Notes under the pieces: generated by a model
Database searches by the model: none
Seen by the model: the letters and a program-made list of their open reading frames with translations, nothing else
What the model was told of the DNA's origin: nothing
Translations under genes and position numbers: made by a program
Shown here: positions 8,728 to 17,477 of the stretch, one piece after another
How the letters are laid out: every line of letters starts with the position of its first letter
How positions within the stretch are numbered: position 1 is the first letter of the stretch
Assembly (NCBI GenBank): GCA_964512995.1
Contig: CAZELM010000003.1
Coordinates: forward strand, 33,379-97,378
DNA from: an uncultured bacterium
Lineage (GTDB): Bacteria > CSSED10-310
Length of the DNA: 64,000 bases
Direction of reading: 5' to 3'

Positions 8728-10788
8728 GTGGAACGATTTAATATATCAAGAGCTATAGAAGTACTAGCTATTTATGCAATAGCCGGTACTTTTTTTATCT
8801 CCTATTTTTTATACCCGGAGCTTTCTTTTCAAGTGTGGTGGAATGCCCTTCTCATCGGGGCCGTCATTTATACTTGTATACGAATGATTCTTGGAAGACG
8901 CGATGTCGAATATTACCTCTGGGTGTTGTTTTCTTTGATTTCTGTAAATATTTGGAGATTCGGTCAGCATGTCAATTTGGAACTGAGCCCTATCTTATTC
9001 GTTACCATTGCTGTTCTGTTCTTCTGCTTCTCAATTCGTCAGGCGACCATGGGTGTCGCATTGCTTCTGACCTCCATCTTGTTTTCGATCTTTTCAGGAA
9101 CTACTGGATTTGCTGCCTTTATCTGGGTATGTGTTTTGGGTCTTTCATGGGGACTTATTTTCACGATTATAAAAAAGGAGCGGGAGAATATTTTAGCCCG
9201 GGCTGCTGATATTGAGCGGAGGGCGAGAGAATTCATGAACACCAATACGATTGAAAAACCGCGACAACCGGAATTCAGCCAAGATACTCAGATCGCCAAA
9301 GCCGCCTCGGTGGCTCTGCGTATTGAATCATTGGTTCGAAGACTTACTGAAATTGTAAACGAAAACATGCACCCGAATTCATGTTTTTATTTCTATCTCG
9401 ATCAGGAATTCGGATTGCTGCGAGTTCTGACATTTCAAAGCCGGAGCCGGTTTTTTAATCGGGATGCGACGATCGATATTAATTCACAGGATATCCTGTC
9501 CTGGGTGATCCAAAATAAAAAACAACTGCGCCATGAATCCCTCGCAAAGGAAATGCAGTTCCCTTCTTATTATTTCGCGAGAGAACGAATTTTGTCATGT
9601 ATGGTGATCCCTGTCATTCATGGCGAGGTGGTCGAAGGTATTCTGGGGGTAGATAGTAAAAGGAGTCATTCATTTGGAGTTGATGAAGAGCGTATCATGA
9701 CACTGATTGCTGATCTTATCTCTGACTTGATAGATACTTTTCGTAATTATCAGGAAAAAGATAATCGAGCTGATTATATGGAAATGTATTATTATGCAGT
9801 AAAACAGCTCCTGGAATCGAAACAGGATCTCAACAACCGCTTGGCTCTATTGCTTCAGATCAGTGAGATGTTGAAAAAAAGTGATGAAATCGCAGTTGCA
9901 ACCCCGGACGACGAATACCATTTTATCGTACGAGATGCAAAAGGCACGTTCACTCCCAAGCTGGTCGGTCTAGAGATTCATCCGGACTCTCTGGTCGGTG
10001 AAGTGATTCAGAAAGGGTTGGATATCGGAATAGAAAACATTTCGGACGTGAATGAATATTCAAAGGTTTTATTCAATCCATCAGAGATGAGTTTTCGATT
10101 GAGTTCGATCATGGTGATACCATTGCCACTGGAAAATCGAATCCAAGGTATACTGATCCTGGGTTCGCGCAAAAAGAATGCCTTCTCTGAACAGGACAAA
10201 TTCATTTTTAACAGCCTGGCGGTTCAGTTCGGGTTTATCCTTGAGCATGCACGGATCTCTGAAAAATTGGAAAAGCTCGCGATCACTGATGGTCTGACTA
10301 ACTTGTCAAACCATCGAGCATTTCAGGACCGGCTTGACAATGAAATTCTTCGAGCCAGACGGGATTCGACAAGTTTCAGCCTGCTTCTGATAGATATCGA
10401 TCATTTCAAGAGTTTTAATGACTACTATGGTTATGAGGCAGGAGATTATGCGCTGAAAAAAATCGCTGGACTCCTCAAGCGAGAGGCTCGGGAAGTAGAT
10501 TTTGTCGGAAGATACGGTGGCGAGGAGTTTGTGTTGATTTTAATTAATTGTGATTTAAAAATGGCTGCTCGCACCGGAGAAAGAATACGACGTGCCTGTC
10601 TGGGAGAAAAAATCGAGATGGGCGAAGAATCTACGAATGTGACATTGAGTATTGGTGTATCGAGCTACCCGACCCATTCACTTGAAGCTACTGGCCTTCT
10701 TGATGCAGCCATTCGGGCTTTGAGTGAAGCAAAGACAACTGGGCGGAATAAGGTAGTTATCGCTCAAGATACCTTGGAACAATCCTGA
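8728..10788 (+). CDS. Membrane-anchored GAF-domain diguanylate cyclase (GGDEF; active-site GGEEF with RxxD I-site)
   Basis: ~5-6 N-terminal TM helices. C-terminal LTNLSNHRAFQDRLD...RYGGEEF and an REVD I-site 5 residues upstream. Confidence 0.85.
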   Translation: MERFNISRAIEVLAIYAIAGTFFISYFLYPELSFQVWWNALLIGAVIYTCIRMILGRRDVEYYLWVLFSLISVNIWRFGQHVNLELSPILFVTIAVLFFCFSIRQATMGVALLLTSILFSIFSGTTGFAAFIWVCVLGLSWGLIFTIIKKERENILARAADIERRAREFMNTNTIEKPRQPEFSQDTQIAKAASVALRIESLVRRLTEIVNENMHPNSCFYFYLDQEFGLLRVLTFQSRSRFFNRDATIDINSQDILSWVIQNKKQLRHESLAKEMQFPSYYFARERILSCMVIPVIHGEVVEGILGVDSKRSHSFGVDEERIMTLIADLISDLIDTFRNYQEKDNRADYMEMYYYAVKQLLESKQDLNNRLALLLQISEMLKKSDEIAVATPDDEYHFIVRDAKGTFTPKLVGLEIHPDSLVGEVIQKGLDIGIENISDVNEYSKVLFNPSEMSFRLSSIMVIPLPLENRIQGILILGSRKKNAFSEQDKFIFNSLAVQFGFILEHARISEKLEKLAITDGLTNLSNHRAFQDRLDNEILRARRDSTSFSLLLIDIDHFKSFNDYYGYEAGDYALKKIAGLLKREAREVDFVGRYGGEEFVLILINCDLKMAARTGERIRRACLGEKIEMGEESTNVTLSIGVSSYPTHSLEATGLLDAAIRALSEAKTTGRNKVVIAQDTLEQS

Positions 10789-10826
10789 TTGATTCAGTAG
10801 AAATTTTCATAGATACCGTAACGGTC

Positions 10827-11630
10827 TCAGGGATTCCCGTCATTGGCCTCCGATTTAATACGATTCCATAACTGATCCATCTCATCGAACGTCATTTTGC
10901 GGAAACGTTCAATACCACCCGCTGATTTTTCCATTGCACTGAAACGGCGAAGGAATTTCAGGTTTGCCTTTCGTAAACTTTCTTCTGGATTAATGCTTAG
11001 AAATCGAGCAAGATTCACCAAGGTAAACATAAGATCTCCAAATTCCTCTTCAACAGCCGAAAGGTTTTTGCCGTCAGTGATCTCTGTCTGAAGCTCCTGG
11101 AATTCCTCAAGGACTTTTGCGTGAACATCTTCGGTTTTCTTCCAATCAAAGCCCACTCGCGATGCTTTTTCCTGGAGCTTGACTGCGTATAGCAATTGAG
11201 GGAGGGTTGGGGGAATATCCGATAAAATTGATTGAGATGAAATTGTTTCTTCTTGTTTTTTTATGGCACGCCAGTTTTGAACAACCTCTTCCGCGGTCTT
11301 GACCGTAAGCTGACCAAAAACATGAGGATGCCTACGAATGAGTTTTTCAATAATGGACTGAAGCACAGTATGAATCGAAAATTGATTGGTTTCATCCCCT
11401 ATCTGTGAGTGAAAAACAATCTGAAGAAGAACATCCCCAAGCTCTTCAGGTAGTTTATCTATGTGGTTTGAATCAATGACGGATAAAGCTTCATGCGTCT
11501 CCTCGAGAAGATAGGAGCGTAATGTATGGTGGTCTTGTTTCTGATCCCAGGGACACCCGCCTGGTTCTCGCAGTTTCTTCATGATCGACAACAATTCACA
11601 GAATTGTTCAGATGCTTTTTTTAGGTCCAT
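10827..11630 (-). CDS. mazG: Nucleoside triphosphate pyrophosphohydrolase MazG
   Basis: Tandem MazG EExxE motifs (EETHEALS..., EEFGDLMFTLVNLARF). Confidence 0.85.
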   Translation of the reverse strand: MDLKKASEQFCELLSIMKKLREPGGCPWDQKQDHHTLRSYLLEETHEALSVIDSNHIDKLPEELGDVLLQIVFHSQIGDETNQFSIHTVLQSIIEKLIRRHPHVFGQLTVKTAEEVVQNWRAIKKQEETISSQSILSDIPPTLPQLLYAVKLQEKASRVGFDWKKTEDVHAKVLEEFQELQTEITDGKNLSAVEEEFGDLMFTLVNLARFLSINPEESLRKANLKFLRRFSAMEKSAGGIERFRKMTFDEMDQLWNRIKSEANDGNP

Positions 11631-11803
11631 ATGGTTTGGTTCCTGACTTTCCCCGATAATACTGTAATTTCATTTGAATGATACTCCAAACGAGTTTCTT
11701 CATCATATTACATTTCCATTTTGAAAATAAAGGTGTTGATATGGCGTGATGATTTTCATATCAGTATAATGAGACGCGGTTGGTTATGTTCAGGAGGGGT
11801 GTA

Positions 11804-13231
11804 ATGAGACAGTTTTTGATGCTTTCTTTGATGATAATCGCGAGTGTGGGTTATACCCATGGGAATGATGATGAAGTGCCAATCAGGGATTACTTTGGCG
11901 TCGAACGGCGGGATTCAAACTGGAACAATTCCTCGGATTTTAATCAGGATGGGATTGTTGATGGAGTGGATTTGTCGCTATTGCTTCTCGGTCCTCACGT
12001 AGATTTAAGTTCATTGGAGTATAGTCGGGATCATGTTTTAGTGAGGTTTCGAAGCGAATTATCAGAGAGGATTATTGAGCCGATTCTTTGTCGTTACGGA
12101 TCTCGCCTTCTCCCCCGAAAACACCCATTACGGACTGGATTTCAGCGAGTCAGTGTGCCTGTGGATGATTCTGTAGAGGGCTTTCTTGAAAGACTTCAAA
12201 AGGAACCTGCTGTAGTAGATGTGCAATTCAATTTTGTTTGCAGAAAGCTGGAGACTCCAGATGACCCATTTTTTAAATTTCAATGGCATTTTGAGATTAT
12301 TAATGTTCCTGAAGCATGGGATCTCGTTGGCGGAGGTAGTGAAAAAGTGACTGTCGCTGTTGTGGATACTGGAGTGGCATACGAGGATTACCAAGATTTT
12401 CAAAAAGCACCAGACCTTCAAACCACCCGGTTTGTGCATCCATATGATTTTATCAATTCCGATGATCACGCGAATGACGATGAAGGGCATGGAACTCATG
12501 TCACCGGTACGATCGCCCAATCGACAAATAATGGAATCGGAGTCGCTGGCATCGCGTTTAACTGCGCCATTATGCCATTAAAAATTCTTGATAGAAATGG
12601 GATCGGGTATGCCGATGATCTGAGTGAAGCGATCCGATGGGCTGTCGATAAGGGTGCTGGCGTGATTAATCTGAGCCTTGGATTTGGCCAGAAATATGAT
12701 GGGGGAGCAGTGGTTCGGGAGGCGATTCAATATGCCTATTCCAAAGATGTGATCTGTGTTGCCGCCGCTGGAAATAATGGAGATTCCCAAGACTATTCCG
12801 GAGGGCTGGATTATCCTGCCGCGTTTGCTCAGTGTATTTCTGTTGGAGCATTGGACGTTCAAAAGAATATCACCTATTACTCCAGTTGGGGAACTGGCCT
12901 GACATGCACCGCTCCCGGTGGAGACCTTCGGTATGATCTCAATCTCGATGGTAGACCGGATGGAATCTATCAACAATCATTCAGCCGTTATGGATACAAC
13001 TCATTCAAGTTTGTGATGAGCCAGGGAACATCCAACGCAACCCCCCATGTCGCTGCCGCTGCCGCTCTATTTAAAAGTCAAGGAGGAGGTGGTATGGAGG
13101 AATTCCGAACATTATTACAGGAAACATGTGTTGATCTGGGATCAATGGGGTATGATACGACTTACGGATATGGGATGATCGATGTTGCGGAGATTGTTCG
13201 ATATGGCCAAGGATGGGGAGTCAACAATTGA
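11804..13231 (+). CDS. Secreted subtilisin-like serine protease (S8) with an N-terminal dockerin-like Ca-binding motif
   Basis: Signal peptide MRQFLMLSLMIIASVG. DFNQDGIVDGVDLSLLLL dockerin-like repeat. Catalytic triad motifs VAVVDTGV, HGTHVTGT, GTSNATPHVAA. AGGAGGGG RBS 5 nt upstream. Confidence 0.85.
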   Translation: MRQFLMLSLMIIASVGYTHGNDDEVPIRDYFGVERRDSNWNNSSDFNQDGIVDGVDLSLLLLGPHVDLSSLEYSRDHVLVRFRSELSERIIEPILCRYGSRLLPRKHPLRTGFQRVSVPVDDSVEGFLERLQKEPAVVDVQFNFVCRKLETPDDPFFKFQWHFEIINVPEAWDLVGGGSEKVTVAVVDTGVAYEDYQDFQKAPDLQTTRFVHPYDFINSDDHANDDEGHGTHVTGTIAQSTNNGIGVAGIAFNCAIMPLKILDRNGIGYADDLSEAIRWAVDKGAGVINLSLGFGQKYDGGAVVREAIQYAYSKDVICVAAAGNNGDSQDYSGGLDYPAAFAQCISVGALDVQKNITYYSSWGTGLTCTAPGGDLRYDLNLDGRPDGIYQQSFSRYGYNSFKFVMSQGTSNATPHVAAAAALFKSQGGGGMEEFRTLLQETCVDLGSMGYDTTYGYGMIDVAEIVRYGQGWGVNN

Positions 13232-13857
13232 TGAAACAACGACTACTGTTTTTGATCGCGTGCTGGACGATATTAGGGTCCACCGAAATCGTCACTGCGG
13301 ATGATAAACTTTTCATCGGATTGACGGGTGGTTATTTCATGCCCATCAATTGGGATGCTTCTCATGATATAGTTTATGGCCAGTCCGGGGAACCGAGTTA
13401 TGGATTGGAACTGGGTTATCGCTTTAAAATCCCGTTGGAATTGGCTGTCGCATGGAATATGATTGATGGCGAAGGGGAACGGGTATCGTACGGTCACAAT
13501 GAACATTGGGAAAAAACCGGAGAGAAGATTTCATTTTCGCTGACTCCGATCACTTTTCATGCCCGTTGGCGTTTTTGGGATAACAGCTTGATATCTCCAT
13601 ATGTGGGTGCTGGTTTCGGATATGTCCGTTTTAAGGAAACAGGCGCTATATCAACAGATGGAATAGGAGGCAGTATACAAATTGGGATGGACATCAATCT
13701 CCCGAATTCGTTCTCGACGTTTTTTGTCGGAGATTATGGTTATTACCCCAATGTCATTGGTGATGCAGGTGTCAGCAGATTTTTACATGAGGATAACGTC
13801 GGCGGAATGACCATTCGATTGGGGATTAAATATACACTCGAGAGAGATCACGACTGA
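13231..13857 (+). CDS. Putative outer-membrane beta-barrel protein (OmpW/OmpA-beta-barrel-like). Its start overlaps the subtilase stop (ATGA)
   Basis: Signal peptide MKQRLLFLIACWTILGSTEIVTA. Alternating hydrophobic and aromatic beta-strand pattern (GLELGYRFKI, GAGFGYVRF, GMTIRLGIKYTL). ~208 aa. Confidence 0.5.
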   Translation: MKQRLLFLIACWTILGSTEIVTADDKLFIGLTGGYFMPINWDASHDIVYGQSGEPSYGLELGYRFKIPLELAVAWNMIDGEGERVSYGHNEHWEKTGEKISFSLTPITFHARWRFWDNSLISPYVGAGFGYVRFKETGAISTDGIGGSIQIGMDINLPNSFSTFFVGDYGYYPNVIGDAGVSRFLHEDNVGGMTIRLGIKYTLERDHD

Positions 13858-13990
13858 TGAGATCGCGCATTCATTTTTCGGTGGAATTGAACTGTTCAAG
13901 GGTAGCATTCTAAGATTGAACCACATGCCGCAGGATTAGAGATGCTCCTTTGGTCCATTATAGATGAAGCGATGATATGAACTTTTATTT

Positions 13991-14632
13991 TTGACTTTGC
14001 GAGTGAAAGTAGGAACTGTAAAATTGACATGTGAAATTGTACAAATCAATCCGAATTACCCACAACCACGACGAATTGCCAAGGCGATTGAAATTTTGTC
14101 AGATGATGGAGTGATCGCGTTTCCAACAGATTCAACCTATGGTATTGGATGCAATCTTTACAGCAAAACTGCGATTGATCGGCTATATACGATACGGAAC
14201 AGAAATCCAAATAAACCATTTACGTTTCTATGTGCGGATTTGTCCGATTTAAGTAAATATGCAAACGTGCCAAATCAGTCTTTCAAATTGATGAAACAAC
14301 TCACGCCTGGTCCATATACATTTATCTTGAATGCCACGCAATTGGTGCCTAAAATAATGCGTACCACTCGATATACGGTAGGGATCCGTGTTCCGGATCA
14401 TCCGGTATGCAATGCCCTGTTAGTCGCTTTGGGAAATCCAATCATCTCAACAACAGCTCGGGCAGGCACAGAATTTTTTGCAGATCCATGGGAAATAAAG
14501 GATGCTTTTGGTGAGCGGCTCGATCTGATCATTGATGCAGAATATATCTATCCCCAACAGACAACGGTTTTGGATTTGACAGGTGATGATGTTCGATTGG
14601 TCCGAGCCGGAAAGGGAGAATGGAATGAGTAA
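13991..14632 (+). CDS. tsaC: L-threonylcarbamoyladenylate synthase TsaC/YrdC
   Basis: YrdC fold motifs VIAFPTDSTYGIGC, KPFTFLCADLS, GIRVPDHP. ~200 aa single-domain form. Confidence 0.8.
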   Translation: MTLRVKVGTVKLTCEIVQINPNYPQPRRIAKAIEILSDDGVIAFPTDSTYGIGCNLYSKTAIDRLYTIRNRNPNKPFTFLCADLSDLSKYANVPNQSFKLMKQLTPGPYTFILNATQLVPKIMRTTRYTVGIRVPDHPVCNALLVALGNPIISTTARAGTEFFADPWEIKDAFGERLDLIIDAEYIYPQQTTVLDLTGDDVRLVRAGKGEWNE

Positions 14633-15446
14633 CATTTATCCCGATTATTATTATCAGGATCTCCCGTTGGATAGATTCCCCAATCTGATCATTAGCCAAA
14701 GATGTTTATGGGAAACTCTGGAGTTTATCGCTCCTGAGATCCATCAATTGTTATCAGATTTTACTCAACCCAAAATTCTTCCCGAGGAACTGCATTTTTG
14801 GGAGCGGCCAGACTTCGAGGGAGGATTTGAGAAGGTCATTACTGTGGCAAAAGGACTGGTCACTGCAACAGATATCGCCTTTCCGCTGTGGGGGATTTAT
14901 ATTGCCAGAGATGTGATTCTTGAACCGACCTCGATCATCAAAGGCCCTGCGTACATTGGATCACGATCTGAGGTTCGCCAGGGAGCATATATTCGTGGAA
15001 ATGTGATCATTGGCAGTCGCTGTACCGTAGGGCATAACACTGAAATAAAAAACGCGATCTTAATGGACCATACAGAAGCGGGTCATTTTGCATATATCGG
15101 TGACAGCATTCTCGGCAAGTATGTCAATATCGGTGCTGGAGTGAAACTGGCAAACCTACCCTTTCGAACATTTGAAGACAAGAAAAAAACGCGTTTCCCT
15201 CCAATTCACCTTTCCATTGATGATAAATTTATAAATACGCAACGATCGAAAATCGGCGCTTTTCTGGGTGATGGAGTTGAGATTGGCTGTAATGCCACAC
15301 TCGCTCCCGGTACTTTTTTAGGACCTGATGTATGGGTGTATCCTTGTACATACTTGTCACGTGGTTTTTACCCATCCAGGATGATCCTGAAACAGCAGAA
15401 TGCAATTAATAGAACGCCGAAAACAGAAAAAATCCAGCGCAGTTAA
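14625..15446 (+). CDS. Hexapeptide-repeat (left-handed beta-helix) transferase-like protein with a ~100-aa N-terminal domain of unknown function
   Basis: Repeated [LIV]GxxxxI hexapeptides (IGSRCTVGHNTEIKNAIL, IGDSILGKYVNIGAGV, LGDGVEIGCNATLAPG). Its start overlaps the tsaC stop by 8 nt. GGGAG RBS. Confidence 0.55.
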   Translation: MSNIYPDYYYQDLPLDRFPNLIISQRCLWETLEFIAPEIHQLLSDFTQPKILPEELHFWERPDFEGGFEKVITVAKGLVTATDIAFPLWGIYIARDVILEPTSIIKGPAYIGSRSEVRQGAYIRGNVIIGSRCTVGHNTEIKNAILMDHTEAGHFAYIGDSILGKYVNIGAGVKLANLPFRTFEDKKKTRFPPIHLSIDDKFINTQRSKIGAFLGDGVEIGCNATLAPGTFLGPDVWVYPCTYLSRGFYPSRMILKQQNAINRTPKTEKIQRS

Positions 15447-17437
15447 TGGGTGTCCATCCCGACCATATATTTTCCGATACGACCATCGGTTGGCCTGGCA
15501 AATGGATCATTACCAGCCCGGTCACCACCCCCGCGGACCGCTATGACCTCCGGATTCTGGATGTGACTGTGGAATCATTTTCGTCCGTTTTTGGAAACGA
15601 TCTGCAAAAGCTTCAGAATTTTATTTTTATTCATTATGATACGTCAGCTGATTCCCCACAGATATCCATCAATCAAGAGCAGGAACGACTTGTCATCGGG
15701 TTTAGTTTATCGGTTCGAAATAAACCGAGAAGTTATATTAAGGAGATATTGATCAGGAAAATACAGGAATTGGATCTGCATTTGTCTGATTTCGTGAAAC
15801 CAGCAATAGAAACCAAGTCAGCGTTTCCCGGGATACCCCAAAGAGTAGCGATCCTATATTTGGCAGAACAGAATGATACCCGATGGAAGAAAATGGGAAC
15901 TCCTGTTGCACCGATGATCCTGGCAGAACTGACCAGGAAATCAGGCCACATTCCATTTATCATACCGGTTCATTCTGCCATGACAGAATTATCGCTCCCG
16001 GAAAATCCTGATATAATCGCTATTGGGATTTATGAAGATCTGTTTGATGAAGTGAAGTCCCTTCTGTCGCGATTACGGCTGAAGTATGATGCAACGTTTG
16101 TTGCAGGAGGACCACTCGTAACACTGGCTCCCCGAATGGTTGCTGCACATTTGCCCGAAGTGGATATTATTCTGCGTGGAGAAGTCGAAGGGACATTTCC
16201 ACTCCTTTTAAATCTCCATGCAGAATCACGTAACAGGAAACAGCCGATCGGTTCCTTCCTGCATTTGGTGTCGGATATTCCCGGGATTTTCATTCGGGAT
16301 TCTTTTCGGATGATTTTTAATGACTTCGATGTGTCTCCGGTGAGCGATTCCGATCAACTATTACATATAGCATACGATTTTGAAGATTTGATTCCGTTCC
16401 AATTATCAAATGGATTGGAATTATCTACTTCGAGAGGTTGTCCCAGATCCTGTTGTTTTTGTTCCCATGTACATGGCCGAAAGCTGCGAAAAGCATCTCT
16501 GGAAGGGCTCACAAAAATTTTGATGAACTACCAGGAGCACCTTCGGAATATCCCGGAGGTGAAAACCGATAATCGGTTCGCGGTGAATATCAATGATGAT
16601 GATTTATTGATACAACCGGATCGATGTCTTGAATTATTGGATATTCTTCAATTAATGGGTTTTACCATCTGGGGAATACAAACATCATTGTCTGCATTGA
16701 AATCGGTTTATGTCCAGGAAAATTTATTGAAGCGATTATCTGAACCTTCTTTGTACCATACCCGACAACCACTGTTATGGATCGGCACCGATGCGTTTGT
16801 TTCATCTCGAATAAAACGGATTGGAAAAAGTGGTTCATTTGAAGATATTGTTTCGATCTGCCATGCTCTTCAAGAACACGGTATCTTAGGGTGTCATTAC
16901 TGGATTGTTACAGATGCGGAATCGGATTGGAGTGATTTTATTCAGGAATTGATCCATATGAGCTATTTGGCTGAATCATACCCGGATACTTTTCGCGTTT
17001 TACCTAATGCTGCGACATTGATACCATATCCCTCTACTCCGATATATGCCAAACGATTGGATCAACAACGGTTCGATCGTATCATCACAAAGAGAATCGT
17101 CTCAATACCTGGATTTCCGGAATTTGATTACCCATTGATACGGCATGAGAGACCCTGCAGTCCCTATCTCTATGCATTTGTTGAACCGAGAGCTGAAGTT
17201 CCCGAGCGATTGTTGTTCCCACGCTGGGATTTCATAATGCTCATTCGTGAAAATCAGTTCGAGACAGCTTTAGGAGCTGCAATACACACTTTGAATCAGG
17301 AAATCCGGGATATTCAGCACCGTAATCCATCAGAAGCAGATCGATTGAAAAAGATAAGAGACCGAATATTCGAAACAGAGAAAATGAGGTTTGATGCGGA
17401 TAAGCATCATCCACCTACTTCGATAGTGAGGATATGA
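15446..17437 (+). CDS. B12-binding-domain radical SAM protein (663 aa, function unknown)
   Basis: CxxxCxxC motif CPRSCCFC after a Rossmann-like B12-binding-type segment. Its ATG overlaps the upstream stop (TAATG). Confidence 0.65.
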   Translation: MGVHPDHIFSDTTIGWPGKWIITSPVTTPADRYDLRILDVTVESFSSVFGNDLQKLQNFIFIHYDTSADSPQISINQEQERLVIGFSLSVRNKPRSYIKEILIRKIQELDLHLSDFVKPAIETKSAFPGIPQRVAILYLAEQNDTRWKKMGTPVAPMILAELTRKSGHIPFIIPVHSAMTELSLPENPDIIAIGIYEDLFDEVKSLLSRLRLKYDATFVAGGPLVTLAPRMVAAHLPEVDIILRGEVEGTFPLLLNLHAESRNRKQPIGSFLHLVSDIPGIFIRDSFRMIFNDFDVSPVSDSDQLLHIAYDFEDLIPFQLSNGLELSTSRGCPRSCCFCSHVHGRKLRKASLEGLTKILMNYQEHLRNIPEVKTDNRFAVNINDDDLLIQPDRCLELLDILQLMGFTIWGIQTSLSALKSVYVQENLLKRLSEPSLYHTRQPLLWIGTDAFVSSRIKRIGKSGSFEDIVSICHALQEHGILGCHYWIVTDAESDWSDFIQELIHMSYLAESYPDTFRVLPNAATLIPYPSTPIYAKRLDQQRFDRIITKRIVSIPGFPEFDYPLIRHERPCSPYLYAFVEPRAEVPERLLFPRWDFIMLIRENQFETALGAAIHTLNQEIRDIQHRNPSEADRLKKIRDRIFETEKMRFDADKHHPPTSIVRI

Positions 17438-17477
17438 TTCATGAAGTGCTATGGGGTGACGCTTATCCATTTTAAGG

